NCBI RefSeq assembly: GCF_009834535.1
Contig: NC_045697.1
Span: 102,984,001 to 103,048,000 of the forward strand
Reading direction: 5' to 3'
Source of the DNA: Camelus ferus
Taxonomy: Eukaryota
Length of the DNA stretch: 64,000 bases
Position 1 is the first letter of the stretch. Every line of letters begins with the position of its first letter. Of the stretch, positions 24,711 through 37,245 are shown piece by piece. Under the pieces are notes generated by a model. The model saw only the letters and a program-made list of their open reading frames with translations. It searched no databases and was not told the origin of the DNA. The position numbers and the translations under genes are program-made.

Positions 24711-26134
24711 GGCTTTGAGAATGAAGGAATGACTAGTAGCCCCCAATGCATCTGAGCCACCCGAAGAGAAGACATTAAAGTATTCATTGGACCTGGCAAT
24801 ATGAAGGTCCATGAAATCGTAACCAGGGCTAAGATGTAGATACACAACCTACCAGCAGTATGCAGTGGCCTCGCTTAGCAAGAATAGTTTCAGTGTCATG
24901 GTGCAAACTGAGATCAGATTACAGTGGGTCACTGGGTGAATGTGAGAAAATTATACAGTAGGAAGTATAAACTGCTCTTTGAGGAATTTGGACAAGAAGG
25001 GACACAAAGGTATAACTAGATAAGTATTTGGAAACAAGAAGGGTTTTATTTTGTGGCTTTGTTTTATACACGTATGAATGCTTGTGCAAATATGATTTTA
25101 GAATAGAAAATAGCACAGCATGTTTACTGTTTGCGGGAAGGAGCCATACAGGGAAAGAGTTAGAATGGGAGGGAAAAAAAGGTGTTGATGGCACAGAAAT
25201 GCTGTAACTCTTCATTTTTGAAGAGAAGACTCTTGAGGTTGTTTAAAGTATGATTGGAAAATATAAACATGTCATAAACATCTTTAAAAATGTATATATT
25301 TCCTGAAATTTATAGAAACTCAAGTCACCATGAAAAGGCAACGTTCTCTGGCCTGATCCTTATCCCCTTGACACTTACAGTAAAAGAAGCATTCATCCTT
25401 GCTACAGCATTCTACCGTCTTTGGGTCATCATATCACTACTGCCAAGTCCAAGGCCCTGTCTTCTCTTGGGACTGATGTAGTAGCCTCCTAACTGACCTA
25501 CCTGCTTTCACTCTTGATCTTTCTGTAGTTCCCACTTTTCTGCAGAGAAGCCAGGAAAAGGTAGCTCAAATCCTCTTTCTCCCCTGCTTTTAACCATTCA
25601 GTGACTCCCTGTGACAGTTAGAAAAAACTCCAAAGTCTTTGTGAAGGTCTGCAATGACAATCTGTAACTTCTTCAGCCTCCTTCTCATTGTCCACATCTT
25701 GGCTCAAAGCTCTTCCCTCAAAAAGTCCTTCTCTGGCTTCCCTGCCTAAAACAGAAGCTGCCCACTCCCCGAAGTCAGTCACTCACATCGCCCTGTCTTA
25801 CTGTCCTCATAGTTTAAATGATCACATCTTATCCTGTATTCCTTTGTTCATTGTCTATCTCCCCAATTAAAATATGTGCCAACTGAAAGGAAAAGCTCTT
25901 TGTTCGCTGTGGTAACCCCAGTACCTTAAACAATGCCCAGCATATGGTAGCCACTCAATCTATATTTTCTGACTATGTTAATATTGTTCTTTGCCTTTTG
26001 CAAGGACCTGCTATATAAATTTTCACATCTTTTTACCTTTTATTTTCTCTCCTTTGGCTTTACACAAAGCATTTCAATTTAATAGTGATGACCTTGGAGA
26101 ATCAATACAACTGCAGAAACATTGAAGTGGACTT

Positions 26135-26295
26135 CTTTTATTGAAGTATGGTCAGTTCACAATGTTGTGTTAGTTTCTGGCGTACAGCACAGTGGTTCAG
26201 TTATACATATATATATTCCTTTTCATATTCTTTTTCATTATAGGCTATTACAAGATATTGATAAAGTTCCCTGTGCTATGAAATAGGACCTTGTT
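26135..26295 (-). mobile_element. Short L1 3' end
   Basis: ttattgaagtatggtcagttcacaatgttgtg...gttccctgtgctatg matches the other copies in the window. Confidence 0.85.
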
Positions 26296-27556
26296 GAAAT
26301 GAACAAAATTTGAATCTGAGCTCCTTAACAAGGAAATGCAAACTTTAGGGAGCTTTATTTAGGCAAAGTGGATACTCAGGAGTATCCCTGAGTTAACTGG
26401 AAAAAAAAAAAAGAAAACAAAAAACCAACCCAATCACCTGTCTCAAGTGGAAAAGTGCAACGTTAGCTTTTCTTTTGAAAGATGAGATAACACAGGGTAT
26501 ATGCTAATGTAGAGGGGGAAGAATCTTTTAGGAAACCAGGAGAAGGGTGTTCTCTGTGAGCCAGTGACCCTTTTCATCCACGGCTGTACAAATAAATTGC
26601 AGCCTGTGCTAGTGCCTAGACTTTCTAATTTGGAGGTAAAATATTAGCAAGCTAATTTGGTCACAGACCTATGGCTAAATATTCTGATCTACTTTATAGA
26701 TAATAAAGGTGATGTTTGGAGTTCCTTCTGCCTGAGTTCTGGGTTTGGTTATTATTTGTCTCTATATTCAGGAGACGAAGCAAGTGTTATTTATCAACCA
26801 TCCTCTAACCCCCCCAAACAGGCAGTGCCTCAAGTGAGACTGATTCAGTTGGAAGCCCAAGCCTTAGAGATCAATCGCTGCTAATCAGTGCTTTTATTTC
26901 CAAGAGAGATTTTTATCACCACTGCTAATTAGATGACATTAGCTAAAGTAAATCATGCAAAGCAAGATTTTTTTAAAGAAATATCTTTTGGACAAAGGAT
27001 TTACTATATTTATACAATGAATTTTAAAGGTCACAAAACAACACTAAAAATTCAGGTCATAAAAGATATTATCCAAAGAAATAAAAAGTTAAAGGAAAGT
27101 TCAGTGCAAAATTTCAAAGGCTTCTCTTTGTCAGTCTTGTCAGTTTATCACGAGAAAAAGAAAAAGAAAAATCTAAGGATACATTTGGCAACTCAGATTT
27201 ATATGTGACTTTATTTCTAGCACTCATTTCTAAATACCCTATTTTGGAGGCAAAACCCCTTAGGTGAGGTCATGTTTATAAGCCCTTGAGATTTACTTTT
27301 CAGTTCCTGGCTCAGCTCCTGAAATCATTTTTTTTCTTATTCCCTCCCTCTAAATCAAAGGGAAGGCATTCTTTGTTCTTAACAGTGCTGGGTTTTTAAG
27401 TGCCTGGTTGTGTTCGGAAGAAATCAAAAAAGATCTACCTAGGACTCTCCTCCTTAAGAGTGAAGAACCATTAGTTCCTCCTTATAATCAGAAGAAAATG
27501 TTCCACTTTCTTCTTTTCCTAGGAATAAAGTTTGGAAGAAGAAATTATTTTAAAGA

Positions 27557-27808
27557 ATTTTTTTTAATTCTTATTTTTTATTGAAGTGTGGTCGATTTAC
27601 AATATTAGTTTCATGTGTACAGCAAAGTGATTCAGTTATACATATACATACATACATATTTTTTCAGATTATTTTCCATTATAGCTAATGACAATAAATT
27701 GAATATAGTTCCCTGTGTTCTACAGTAGATCCTTGTCTTTATTGATTTTATATATAGTAATGTTTATCTATTAATCCCAAACTCCTAATCTATCCCTCCC
27801 CCCCCCGC
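27557..27808 (-). mobile_element. Short L1 3' end
   Basis: Same 3'-terminal motif set, ending ...ctcctaatctatccctccc. Confidence 0.85.
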
Positions 27809-27945
27809 CAAAGAAGTTTTTATACTTCAGTAAAGTTACACCTTATCTTAGAAAGGCTGGTCTGTCTTAGCAACAGCTTGATATAACAATTGCCTCAAAT
27901 ACAAAACATAACTGCTGTTTCTGCACATATAAGAGTCATACCAAA

Positions 27946-28078
27946 GGGGAGGGGACAGCTCAGTGGTAGAGTGTGTACTTAACATCAGAAGGTCCTGGGT
28001 TCAATCCCCAGTACCTCCATTAAGAAATAAATAAACTAATTACCTACCCCACCCCACCCCCAAAAATAATTTAAAAAA
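27946..28078 (+). mobile_element. tRNA-Ala-derived SINE (vic-1-like)
   Basis: Typical head and tail; 13-nt TSD aagagtc(a/t)tacca at 27931-27943 and 28079-28091. Confidence 0.9.
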
Positions 28079-28401
28079 AAGAGTCTTACCAGAACAAAAT
28101 ATTTTTACCTAAAACTTTTTCAAGTTCTAGAACAGAAATTTACAACTGTTTCATGACATCCCTAACTTAATACTAAAGAGCAACTTGTACAATCTCTGGG
28201 GAAATTCTAAAACCCAGTATAAATAAATATGTCTCTTTATGGACTAACGAGAGAGGGATAATTAATATACCAGTACATCAAAAGATTACCTGCCTAAGTG
28301 TTCACAAGCCTCAACTATTATGGGCACATATAAGTGATAAATGTAACAAGGAAGATGAAAAGCCTTCTGTGGCAGGGATTTCTGGCTACCTATCCAATAT
28401 T

Positions 28402-28590
28402 CAATGGTGTGCTGGTAAGAAGTCTAACAACTGGCTCTCTCAAAAAAAAAAAACTTTAGTTGTTGGTGTTTGCCAATTATTGTGGTGTAAATGTTCCCGC
28501 TGTGACCATTTTCAGGCTGCCAAAAAACAGTGGACATGTAACCATAGGCTCTCACAAGCCAGAGTGAGCCATTTGGAGTACAGCACTGCA
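28402..28590. mobile_element. MER63-like hAT element
   Basis: caatggtgtgctggtaa...aacaactggctctc...gtggtgtaaatgttccc...cagcactg with degenerate terminal inverted repeats. Confidence 0.5.
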
Positions 28591-28829
28591 GTCATTGTCT
28601 TCTTCATCACGAGCAGACATCCCATTCTGTTGCACTGGCAATTTCCTAAGATTAAAAAAAAAAGAAAGGCGCTTCCCAGTCATTCTTGCAAATAGGAGAT
28701 GCATAAGACAGTATTTGCTGATGAGAAGTAGGCACATGTCATTGTGACAGTGGTGGCCTGCCGCAGATGGTGGTGCTAGTGGTATGTTCCTTAAAGGAGC
28801 TTCAGACTCAGTTCACCCCTTTTGTCCTT

Positions 28830-29080
28830 ATCCTTTTCTTTTTTCTGCCTGGAAAGCAGACATGATGACTGGAGCTGCAGCAGCCATTTTATAATCAACA
28901 GTAAGGGAGAGGACAAGGAAATCACAGAGACCTTGGCCCTGCCATCTTCGAGTTGCCTCACCACCTCTGGAATTCCTATTTCTGATCTTTTCTTTACAAG
29001 AAATAAAATATATTTTTCTATTGCTTATGCCATTGTCATTTAGGTTTTGTGTTAAAGGAGACCAAAGGCAATTTTCACCT
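28830..29080. mobile_element. MLT1 (J/K-like) LTR fragment
   Basis: ctgcctgg...gatgactggagctgcagcagccatttt motif. Confidence 0.55.
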
Positions 29081-31689
29081 TGGGCAAACTTGCCAATGCA
29101 TGCAGCCCTAGTGAAAAGAAATTACTACCAGAAACAAAAGAGTTTGAGAATTTTTTCTGGAACTCATATAGTCACTAAAACTTTCAAAAACTGACCCATC
29201 CACTAAATGCTTTGTTGGAATGACTCTACCTAAAATACTTGACTTTGGAGGCAGAAATTGTATTCTCAGCACAGCACTGTGAACATTCAGTGAGAATACT
29301 GGCTACCTTTACTGAATACATACAATGTACCAGACACTGTGCACCAGATGCACTGTAGAGGCATCAGCATGCCAGCTGCGTGACCTTGGGTAAGTCACTT
29401 CCCATCTTGGTGCTTCATTCTTATCTGTAAAATGGAGATAACAATAGCTATAGCATAGGGTTGTTTTGAAGGATAAAAGAGTTAGTAAAATATATAATAA
29501 CATATATGTTCGGTGCTCAAAACAATGCCTGGCAAATAGTAAGCACTAAATACGAGTTGGCTACTAATATCATGCTCATTTTCCCCATAAACCCTGTATA
29601 ATAGGTACTGATATTACCAGCAGATGAAGGCACCAGCATCAATCTCATAGGGAGGTTCTGAGGCTGTGAGGACATGATACCTCCCAAGTGATTAGCATTG
29701 TACCAGATAAATGCTTAGTAAAATCCAGCTATCATGAGTTTGGTACAGAGCCACACTGGGATGAGGCTTTTTTTAGTGAGATTTGTGCCAACATATTGGA
29801 TTAGTGACGAGAAAAAAAACTAGCTTTTTTTTTTTTTTTTTTTTTTTTGGTGGGAGAGAAGGCTAGTCATTATTCACCCATCTCTACAATGTACTTATGG
29901 TGCCTCATGATATGTAATTAATGCGCCAAAGGATGAGCGATATTTGACATGTAATAGCTACAAACCAAATATACGGGGCACAGCAAGGAGGAAGGAGCAG
30001 AGAAGGCCTAGTGATGGGGCTTGGGGATAGAGAAGAGATGACTCTGGCTTATGATCAGACCTGGAGTTGGACTGATTCTGACATTTACTAGTTTTTTGAC
30101 CTTGGGCAAATTACTTTTCATTTCCCTCATTTGTTAAAATGAGAATTTTGAGCTCCAGAGACTCATCCACCCCAACTTTAAAAAGTCATTTTGTTTGTTC
30201 GTTTGTTTAACATCTAGGAGATAGTGTTGGACCTTAAAGAATAGGTGGCATTTTGAAAACTGGAGCTGCTGGGATGCTACACCAAGTATGAATGCAGGAT
30301 ATAACATTTCAGTGCTTTGGGGGGAATATCGTCGCAAATTTACCAGCATTTGTGTGAGAGTATGAAGGAGACCAGGCAGGAAGTGTGAGTCAGGGTCAGA
30401 CTTTGAGAACATTGGGTATCAGGCCTTGAGGTTCAGAAGTTTAGTGGGAGGCACTGCTAAGCCATTGAACTTCTCTGAGCAAGGGAAGGACATGATCAAG
30501 CCACTTCCCTTGGGAGATTATTTCAGCAACGAGAAAGATGCGAGGGTCACCTGAGGCCTGGAGGAGAGTTGGGGGATTACTCTAGAGGTCTAGGCACGAG
30601 ATCAAAGTAACTGGAGGCGTGGGAAAGGAAGGACATGAGAGTTTCGAGAAGGATGTGAGTATCTCATGGAAGGAATGAACCCATGGAAAGTTCTCCCATA
30701 TGATTTCACTGGCAAGTAGACGTAACAGTTCAGCAGTTTAGTGCAGAGCCATTCTTGGCACAAATTAGGGGGCTGAAAAGTTGTTCGGTGAATTTGGAAA
30801 CAACAGTTTGAACAGTAGGTAGTAAACTCAGAAAATCAGGAATCGATCTTTGTTAATGACAGTCGATTAATAGGGGTCAGATAAGCAGAGATTGTTGTCG
30901 ACTTAGGACAATTTAGGAGTTCGGTAGATTTAATATTCACTGTGAGTTTTTTGGGGGATAACAACATTGCAGTTTTGTGCAGCAGGAAAATGGAGGAAGG
31001 AATAGTCCTCAAAGGCCTATGTCTAGATGCTACAAATACTACCTGACCCCAACTGGAAGTGTGGTCTCAGAGAATAATTCTAAGCAAGGATTATAGAATG
31101 CTCCATAAACTTCAGAAACTGGAAATTCATCTAAAATTCTACTGTCACCATAAGAGTTATCATCAAATTTTCACATAGAACTTTCACAGTGTACAGACTG
31201 TTTTGAAACTCTTATAAAAAGGGCTAACGACTTTTTTCCCCAAATTCCTAGAATGTATAATTAGATCTAAAATTCAGATTTGAGAGAAAGGAAAATCACG
31301 AGATAGAATCATTACTGTGAAGCATGCTCTCCTTTACGAAAGACACCAGTTGGCATTTTTACAGCTGTTCTATTAGAGATTTCTTCCTTCAGCAAATATC
31401 TGAGCGTCTGCGATGATAGATCCGTGCTAACTTTGGGCGTGTGGTGGGAAACAAGCGAGGTAGAGTACCCACCTTCATGCTACTTTGAAGGCTGATAAGG
31501 TCTTCCCACAAATACCAACAGCATGCCTAAATACACTTATAACTGCAAATAGTTCCAGATTCTCTGGAGGAAAGGGTATGATGAGAGAATAAAAGGATTT
31601 CAACATCAAAAATTCATAATCACCCCCCCACACACACACACACAGAGTTTTCACTGGAGTATCCTTTTTTCTTTCTTTCTCTCTTTCTT

Positions 31690-32133
31690 TTGCTTTCTGT
31701 CTTTTTTCCTTCTAGTTTCATGGAGATATAATTGACATCTAGCACTGTGTAAGTTTCAGTTTTACAGCGTAATGACTCGACTTACACACATCATGACCAC
31801 GATAAGTTTAGTGAAAATCCATCATCTCATATAGATACAAGTAGAAGGAACATCCCTTTTCATTTTTATTTATTTTTAATATTGATTGACTGATGTACAG
31901 TCAATTTACAATATTGTGTTAATTTCTGCTGTATCATTTATACAGATACACATATACATCCCTTTCATATTCTTTTTCATTATAGGCCATTATGTGGTAT
32001 TGAATATGGTTCCCTGGGCTGTACAGAAAGAACTTGTTGCTTATTTTATATACAGTAGTGTATATCTACAAACCCCGAACTCTCAATTTATCCCTCCCCA
32101 CCCCCTTTCCCACCTGGTAACCATAAGTTTGGG
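31690..32133 (-). mobile_element. Two adjacent L1 3' ends (older ~31690-31845; younger ~31860-32133)
   Basis: The younger copy has TSD acatcccttt at 31850-31859 and 32134-32143. Confidence 0.8.
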
Positions 32134-34424
32134 ACATCCCTTTATAATGTGAAGAATACCACTCCAGTGATCCCTGGTGGGCTCGTTCCACTTAAATTCT
32201 TAAGTGGAACACTTAAGGAGCTGTTATAGAAATTCGACACCGCATTTATTTTTCTATTGAGTAGAAGTATCTCTTAAAATAAGTTTTTGGGTGCATATTT
32301 TGCATATATAAAATTTGCAGCCAATTTTAAGGGCTGGCCTTACTGTAAATGATTAGTAATTGATTTGGGGGTGGGCACAAACTGGTTAAATAGCTTAATT
32401 AATTTGCCTTCAGTTCCTTGAAACTTCCTTTTCTCTGGGGATCTTGTCCTCCTCCCTAGCTCAGCCCATCCACTGCTAGGTCTTGGCATTGTCCCAAACC
32501 ATCCCAGCTCCATGATTTCAATCTCCAGCATCCCATTCTCAGACTGGTCCCCAGCTTTGGGGAGTGGTCTCCAGTTCCAGCACTGCTTGGACCCCACTGG
32601 GACCTTCGATCTTCTCACCTTTCCATTGTCATCACATTCTTCTGTGTCCTCACCTCCCTCTTTATCACAGTCCTACACAGACACTCTCTTGCGTACCCGC
32701 TCCACTCTCAGATCCTCTTTCCCTCCATCACACCCAGCTGCAATACCCCAGCTCTGTCCCCTTAGGCTGACTGAGGCTAGAGAGAAATCCATAGCCATGC
32801 TGACTGGTCTTGCTTTAAAGTCATGACCATTAACATCAATGGGCACTTACTAGCGCTGCCTGGCCATCCCACCACATTTCTGGAGTTCATTTACTCTCAA
32901 ACTCTCCCAAAAGAGAACTATCTCATATTGGCTTCTCTCTTTAGACCTCTAACATTTCTTCCACCCTCACCATTCTCAGGAGGTAGGGTCCATGGCTATC
33001 TCACCAAGATAAGAGAAGCAGAGAGAAGAGGATGTCCCCATGTTCTCCTCTCCACAGCCACCAGCCCACGTGCATCTGGGTCCACACACTCCACCTTCCC
33101 TCCTGGGCTACCTTTTCCCTGGTCAGTGCACTGGCTCCTGGCTCTTCTGTGAAGAAGGGAAGAAGACTCAGCCTCAGGATCTTTGCACTTGCTCTCTCCT
33201 CTGCTTGGGAGGTTGGAAATCTCCCCCAGATCACGTGGTGCTTTCTCTTCCTTTAGGACTTCTTGTCAGTGAGGTTTTCCATACCCCTAGAGAAACAGCA
33301 GCCTCCCCTACTCCCAACCCCTCTTACACTTCGGCTTCCACCCCATATACCACCACCTGACATCTTCATGCATTTATTCATTATTCGACTTCCTCAGTGA
33401 GAGCAGGGATTTGTATCTGTTTGGTTTGCACCATATCCCCTCTAACTTGGATGCTTAATTGATTCTTTCACTCATTCATTCATTCATTCAACAGGTGCGG
33501 GACACTGCTCCAGACCCTGAGAGTACAGCTATGCACTGAACAGACCAAAAAAACCTGCTGTTTCAGTGAAGGAAGGAAATAGGTGGGACTTTTTTTTTTT
33601 TTCCAGTTACATATGTTGCTTTTAATTCTTATCTAAAAGTGTCCAGTACTTTCAAAAGAGCTGTGTTCTGAGTTGCCTACAAAATATTTTAACTATAGAT
33701 TGGAATGGATCACGACAAATTAGGTTTCATAAACATAACATCCATGCCAAGCAGAGAAAGAGGACATAAAATGTGTGCATTTGGGTGGGATGTGGTGTGT
33801 GTGAGGGGGTGAAATTTTAGATACAGTGGCCAGAGGAGGCCTCATCAAGAGAGGAACATTTGAGTAAAGACTGAGGGAGGCCGGGGAGAGGCCCATGTGG
33901 GCGTCTTCAGGAAGGGCTTTCCAGGGAGGAAACAGCAGGTACAAAGGTCCTGAGGTGGGAGTGTGCTCTGGTGGTTCCAGGACTTTTCAGGCACCACTGT
34001 GACTTGAGGAAGTGAGCAAGGAAGGGAGTAGGAGACCAGGTCAGAGAGGTAAGGTGGGAAGGAACATTCACACAGGGTCTTGTACACATTGTGAGAATTT
34101 TTATTTTGAGTGAGATAGGGAGCCAAGGAAGGGTTTTTTGGATACAGTGATATTAATATGCAACTACATTCAAGTTTTCACAACCGCCCCAATAATGTCC
34201 TTTTATTTGTCTAATTTTCTATTACCATTTAAAGAAATAGCTTGCACAAGGGGAAAAATCAAATTTCATAGAATTCATAGTATTAGTAATTATCACTTGG
34301 GGCTACTAGGACAGTGCTGAGAAAGGTCATCTATAGGTTAAAAAAATTAACAGTTCTATGTCTTTTTGTAGTTTTTCTCTCCAATCCAGGATCCAATCAA
34401 GGATTAGCTGTCATGCCTTTTTTT

Positions 34425-34980
34425 TTTTATATAAACAGCTTTATTGAAATGTAATTCACATGCCATATAATTTGTCCACTTACAGTGTATGATTCAATGG
34501 GTTCTAGTATACTCACGGAGTTGTGACACCGTCACCACAAACTAATTTTAGAACATTTTTGTTACCCCCCAAAAGAAACCCCATAACCTTCAGCTATCAC
34601 TGCCCCTAGCCCCCAACCTCCCCATTCTCCCAAACATAGGCAACCACCATTCTACTGTCTCTATAGGTTTGCCTATTCTGGATATTTTATTTAAAAAAAT
34701 ATTTTTTTTGATTAATTCATTACTTTCTTAATGGAGGTACTGGGGATTGAACCTAGGACCTTGTACATGCTAAGCACTCATTCGGACACTGAGCTATACC
34801 CTCCCCCCTTGATATTTTATATAAATGGAAGTATACAATTGTGGTCTTTTGTGTCTGGCTTCTTTCACTTAGCATAGTGTTTTCAAATTTCATCCATGTA
34901 GCATGGGCCAGTACTTCATTCCTTTTTATGATTAAATAATGTTCCATTGTATGGATATAGCACATTCTGTTTATCATAGA
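34425..34980 (-). mobile_element. L1MA/MB-type 3' end
   Basis: acagctttattgaaatgtaattcacatgccatataa...; minus strand YIHTMEHYLIIKRNEVLAHATWM. Confidence 0.8.
34691..34808 (-). mobile_element. tRNA-Ala-derived SINE (vic-1-like) nested in an old L1
   Basis: Reverse complement of the SINE head; TSD gatattttat at 34681-34690 and 34811-34820. Confidence 0.88.
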
Positions 34981-36019
34981 GAGGGTTTGAGCAGAGGAGT
35001 GACCCGATTACAGTGGCATTTAACAAGGCTCACTCCAGCTGTTGTTCTGAGGAGGTGAGAAGGAATTAACTATGTCAAATGCTGCTTTTAGGGAAAATAA
35101 GATGAGGACCAAGAGCTGACCTGTAAGTGCTCAAATAATTTAATGAAGATATTAACAGAAATAGTCTGATCTATCTATAAACAGTATTTTATGTATTTGG
35201 CGAGACTTTCATTTCCTTTGGAATGCAGAAATAATAAAATAGTTAATAAATAAGAATTTGAAATAGACTGTAGTCTCGTAAACATACTTGAACAATTGGA
35301 GAGGACCATTGATTTAAAAAAATATTGGTGGTAATGGTTTTTTTGGTACCTGGGAAATTAATTCCTCAGAATAATTATTTGCCTCTAAACATAACTCAAC
35401 ATTATGGTAATTATCCAAGATTTCATGCCAGCTTCCAGAGAGCTGGCCAAGAGAAAAATTAAATCTTATAAAGATATTTTCAATATCTATGCAGATCAGG
35501 TAGATGGGAGCCAGTTTGTCTTCATTTTGAGAGATTGGTGTCACTTAAAAGATTGTAGAAACTGGATCAAAAAATTTAGAAGTCTATTGTGGCATTTGTC
35601 ATTTGGAGCAACGAGGTTACCTACTGGAATCATTAGCTCCCGAATTGGCGTAAAACACACGTATTGATTCAGGGTTTGGTAGAAGCACACGCAGTAGTTA
35701 CTAGGCTTTCCAATTCTGGGTACGTGAAACTTCTGGGGCTTGCAAATTATTGGGGCAAGGTAATCGTCAAAAATGCACTCCACGTTTATAGCGCGGTTCA
35801 GTGGGCGCGGTGGACGTGTGGATGAACATTTCAGAAAATAAACACTGAACTCAGAAATTCACTTGCAGGTAAGGCACTGAGTCCGCTCCCCCGCGACTAG
35901 AGGAGGCAGGGGCCGTTGTGTTTTCTCTTTGGAATCAGAGGGCGTGGGGCTGGGGTCGGGGGAGGCGGCGCCGGCCCCGAGCTCGCGCCGGCGGGGCCGG
36001 GAATTTGGAGAGGATCCCT

Positions 36020-36401
36020 GGTCGCGCGGCAGCGGCGGCGGCGGCGGCGGCTGCGGCGGCGGCGGCGGCGCGCGGGTGCGCGTGTGAGCGAGCGAGCAGG
36101 CGGGCGGGCGAGTGCGCCGGGTATTGGCAGCCGAGGAGTGGAGGCTGGGCGGCTCCGACTCCTTGACGCCAGCGCGACCAGATCAATCCAGGCTCCGGGA
36201 GCGACCGAGCGAGCGAGCGAGCGAACGGGCGGGCGGGAGGAGGAAGGAGAGGCCGAGCGGCTGAGCCCGGGCCGAGGCGCGGGGAGGGACCCTGCGAGCG
36301 CAGCGCCGCGCAGCGTTCGGCCGGCCTGACCGGGGCCGCACGGGGACCCCGCTCGCCCTGCCAACTCGTGCGCCCGCGCGGACGGGCGTGCAGCCAACCC
36401 G
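36020..36401 (+). other. SMAD1: SMAD1 non-coding first exon 1A (start approximate)
   Basis: GC-rich leader (agatcaatccaggctcc...gccaacccg) ending at donor CCG|GTAAAA (GT at 36402). The spliced junction aacccg|gtgctgact resembles the human SMAD1 5' UTR as I recall it (not verified here). Confidence 0.72.
36026..36070 (+). repeat. Interrupted (GGC)n trinucleotide repeat at the SMAD1 promoter/exon 1A
   Basis: gcggc agc (ggc)6 tgc (ggc)5 g. Confidence 0.9.
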
Positions 36402-37181
36402 GTAAAACGAAACAGACCCGAACCCAACTTTCCCCTCCGCCGCGTCCCCGCCCTCCCCTAGGCGCCCAGGGCTTTCCAGTGCCGCCGCCGCCGCCTCGGG
36501 CTGGGGCGGGCGGGCCGGGTGGCCGCGATCGTGCGGGACCGTTGGCGAGGGCTGCGGCGGTAAGGGGGTCTTCCCCGCGTGGGGCGGACCCGGGACCCCC
36601 CCCCCCAATGATGGCGCCTCCCGGCGGGTCAGCGGAGCAAACCTGCCACTTCCTCCTCTCCTCGCGCCCGGCCAGCCGGGCCGGCCTCGGCCGGGGTGTC
36701 CCCGCGTCTTTGTTGGGTCTGTGGGCCGGGAAGCCGCGTTCCTCCGCCCGGGCCCTGCCCGCGGCCACCCTCCCCCTCCGCCAGCCGCCGGCCGCCCGTT
36801 TCCCTTTCCCTTCCTGCAGCCGGGCCTGGGCCGTCGGCGCGGCCCGCGGGCCCATTGTGTCCCACGCCAGCCCGGGCGACCCGTGTGGGAGTCGGGGGGC
36901 GGCCGCGGGCGCTGCCCTTCTCACGGAGCTGCGCTGCCGCGAGGCGGACGCCCGGTGCCCGGGGTCCCTCCGCGTCCGGGACGGGTTCCCTCCTCTGCCC
37001 CTCACCAGCCTCTTGGGGGTCGAGGTCAAGGAAAGTTCGCACCGAAATTCCCTCTAATTTATTCAAAGGTTTGGCGGCGGCGGCGCGTAATTTTCTCTCT
37101 TTCTTTCTCTCTTCCGCCTACATCCCCTGAGTCTCCCCAAGTGTCCTCTCATTCCTTTCCCTTTCCCGGATTCGATTGCCT

Positions 37182-37245
37182 CACTGCATGTGTATTTGTG
37201 AGTTCGCTGCTGAACAACTGTTCATTTACTCGGCGCCCTGTCTTT
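37182..37245 (+). other. SMAD1: SMAD1 alternative non-coding first exon 1B (start approximate)
   Basis: cactgcatgtgtatttgtgagttcgc...ccctgtcttt followed by donor GTTAGT at 37246. The junction gtcttt|gtgctgact resembles the second human SMAD1 5' UTR variant as I recall it (not verified). Confidence 0.68.

Noticed and set aside
35965..37245. GGCGCC motifs as BMP-response elements for SMAD1 autoregulation
   Set aside because: Expected by chance in a CpG island; none I checked has the GGCGCC-N5-GTCT spacing (the one at 37232 has a 2-nt spacer).
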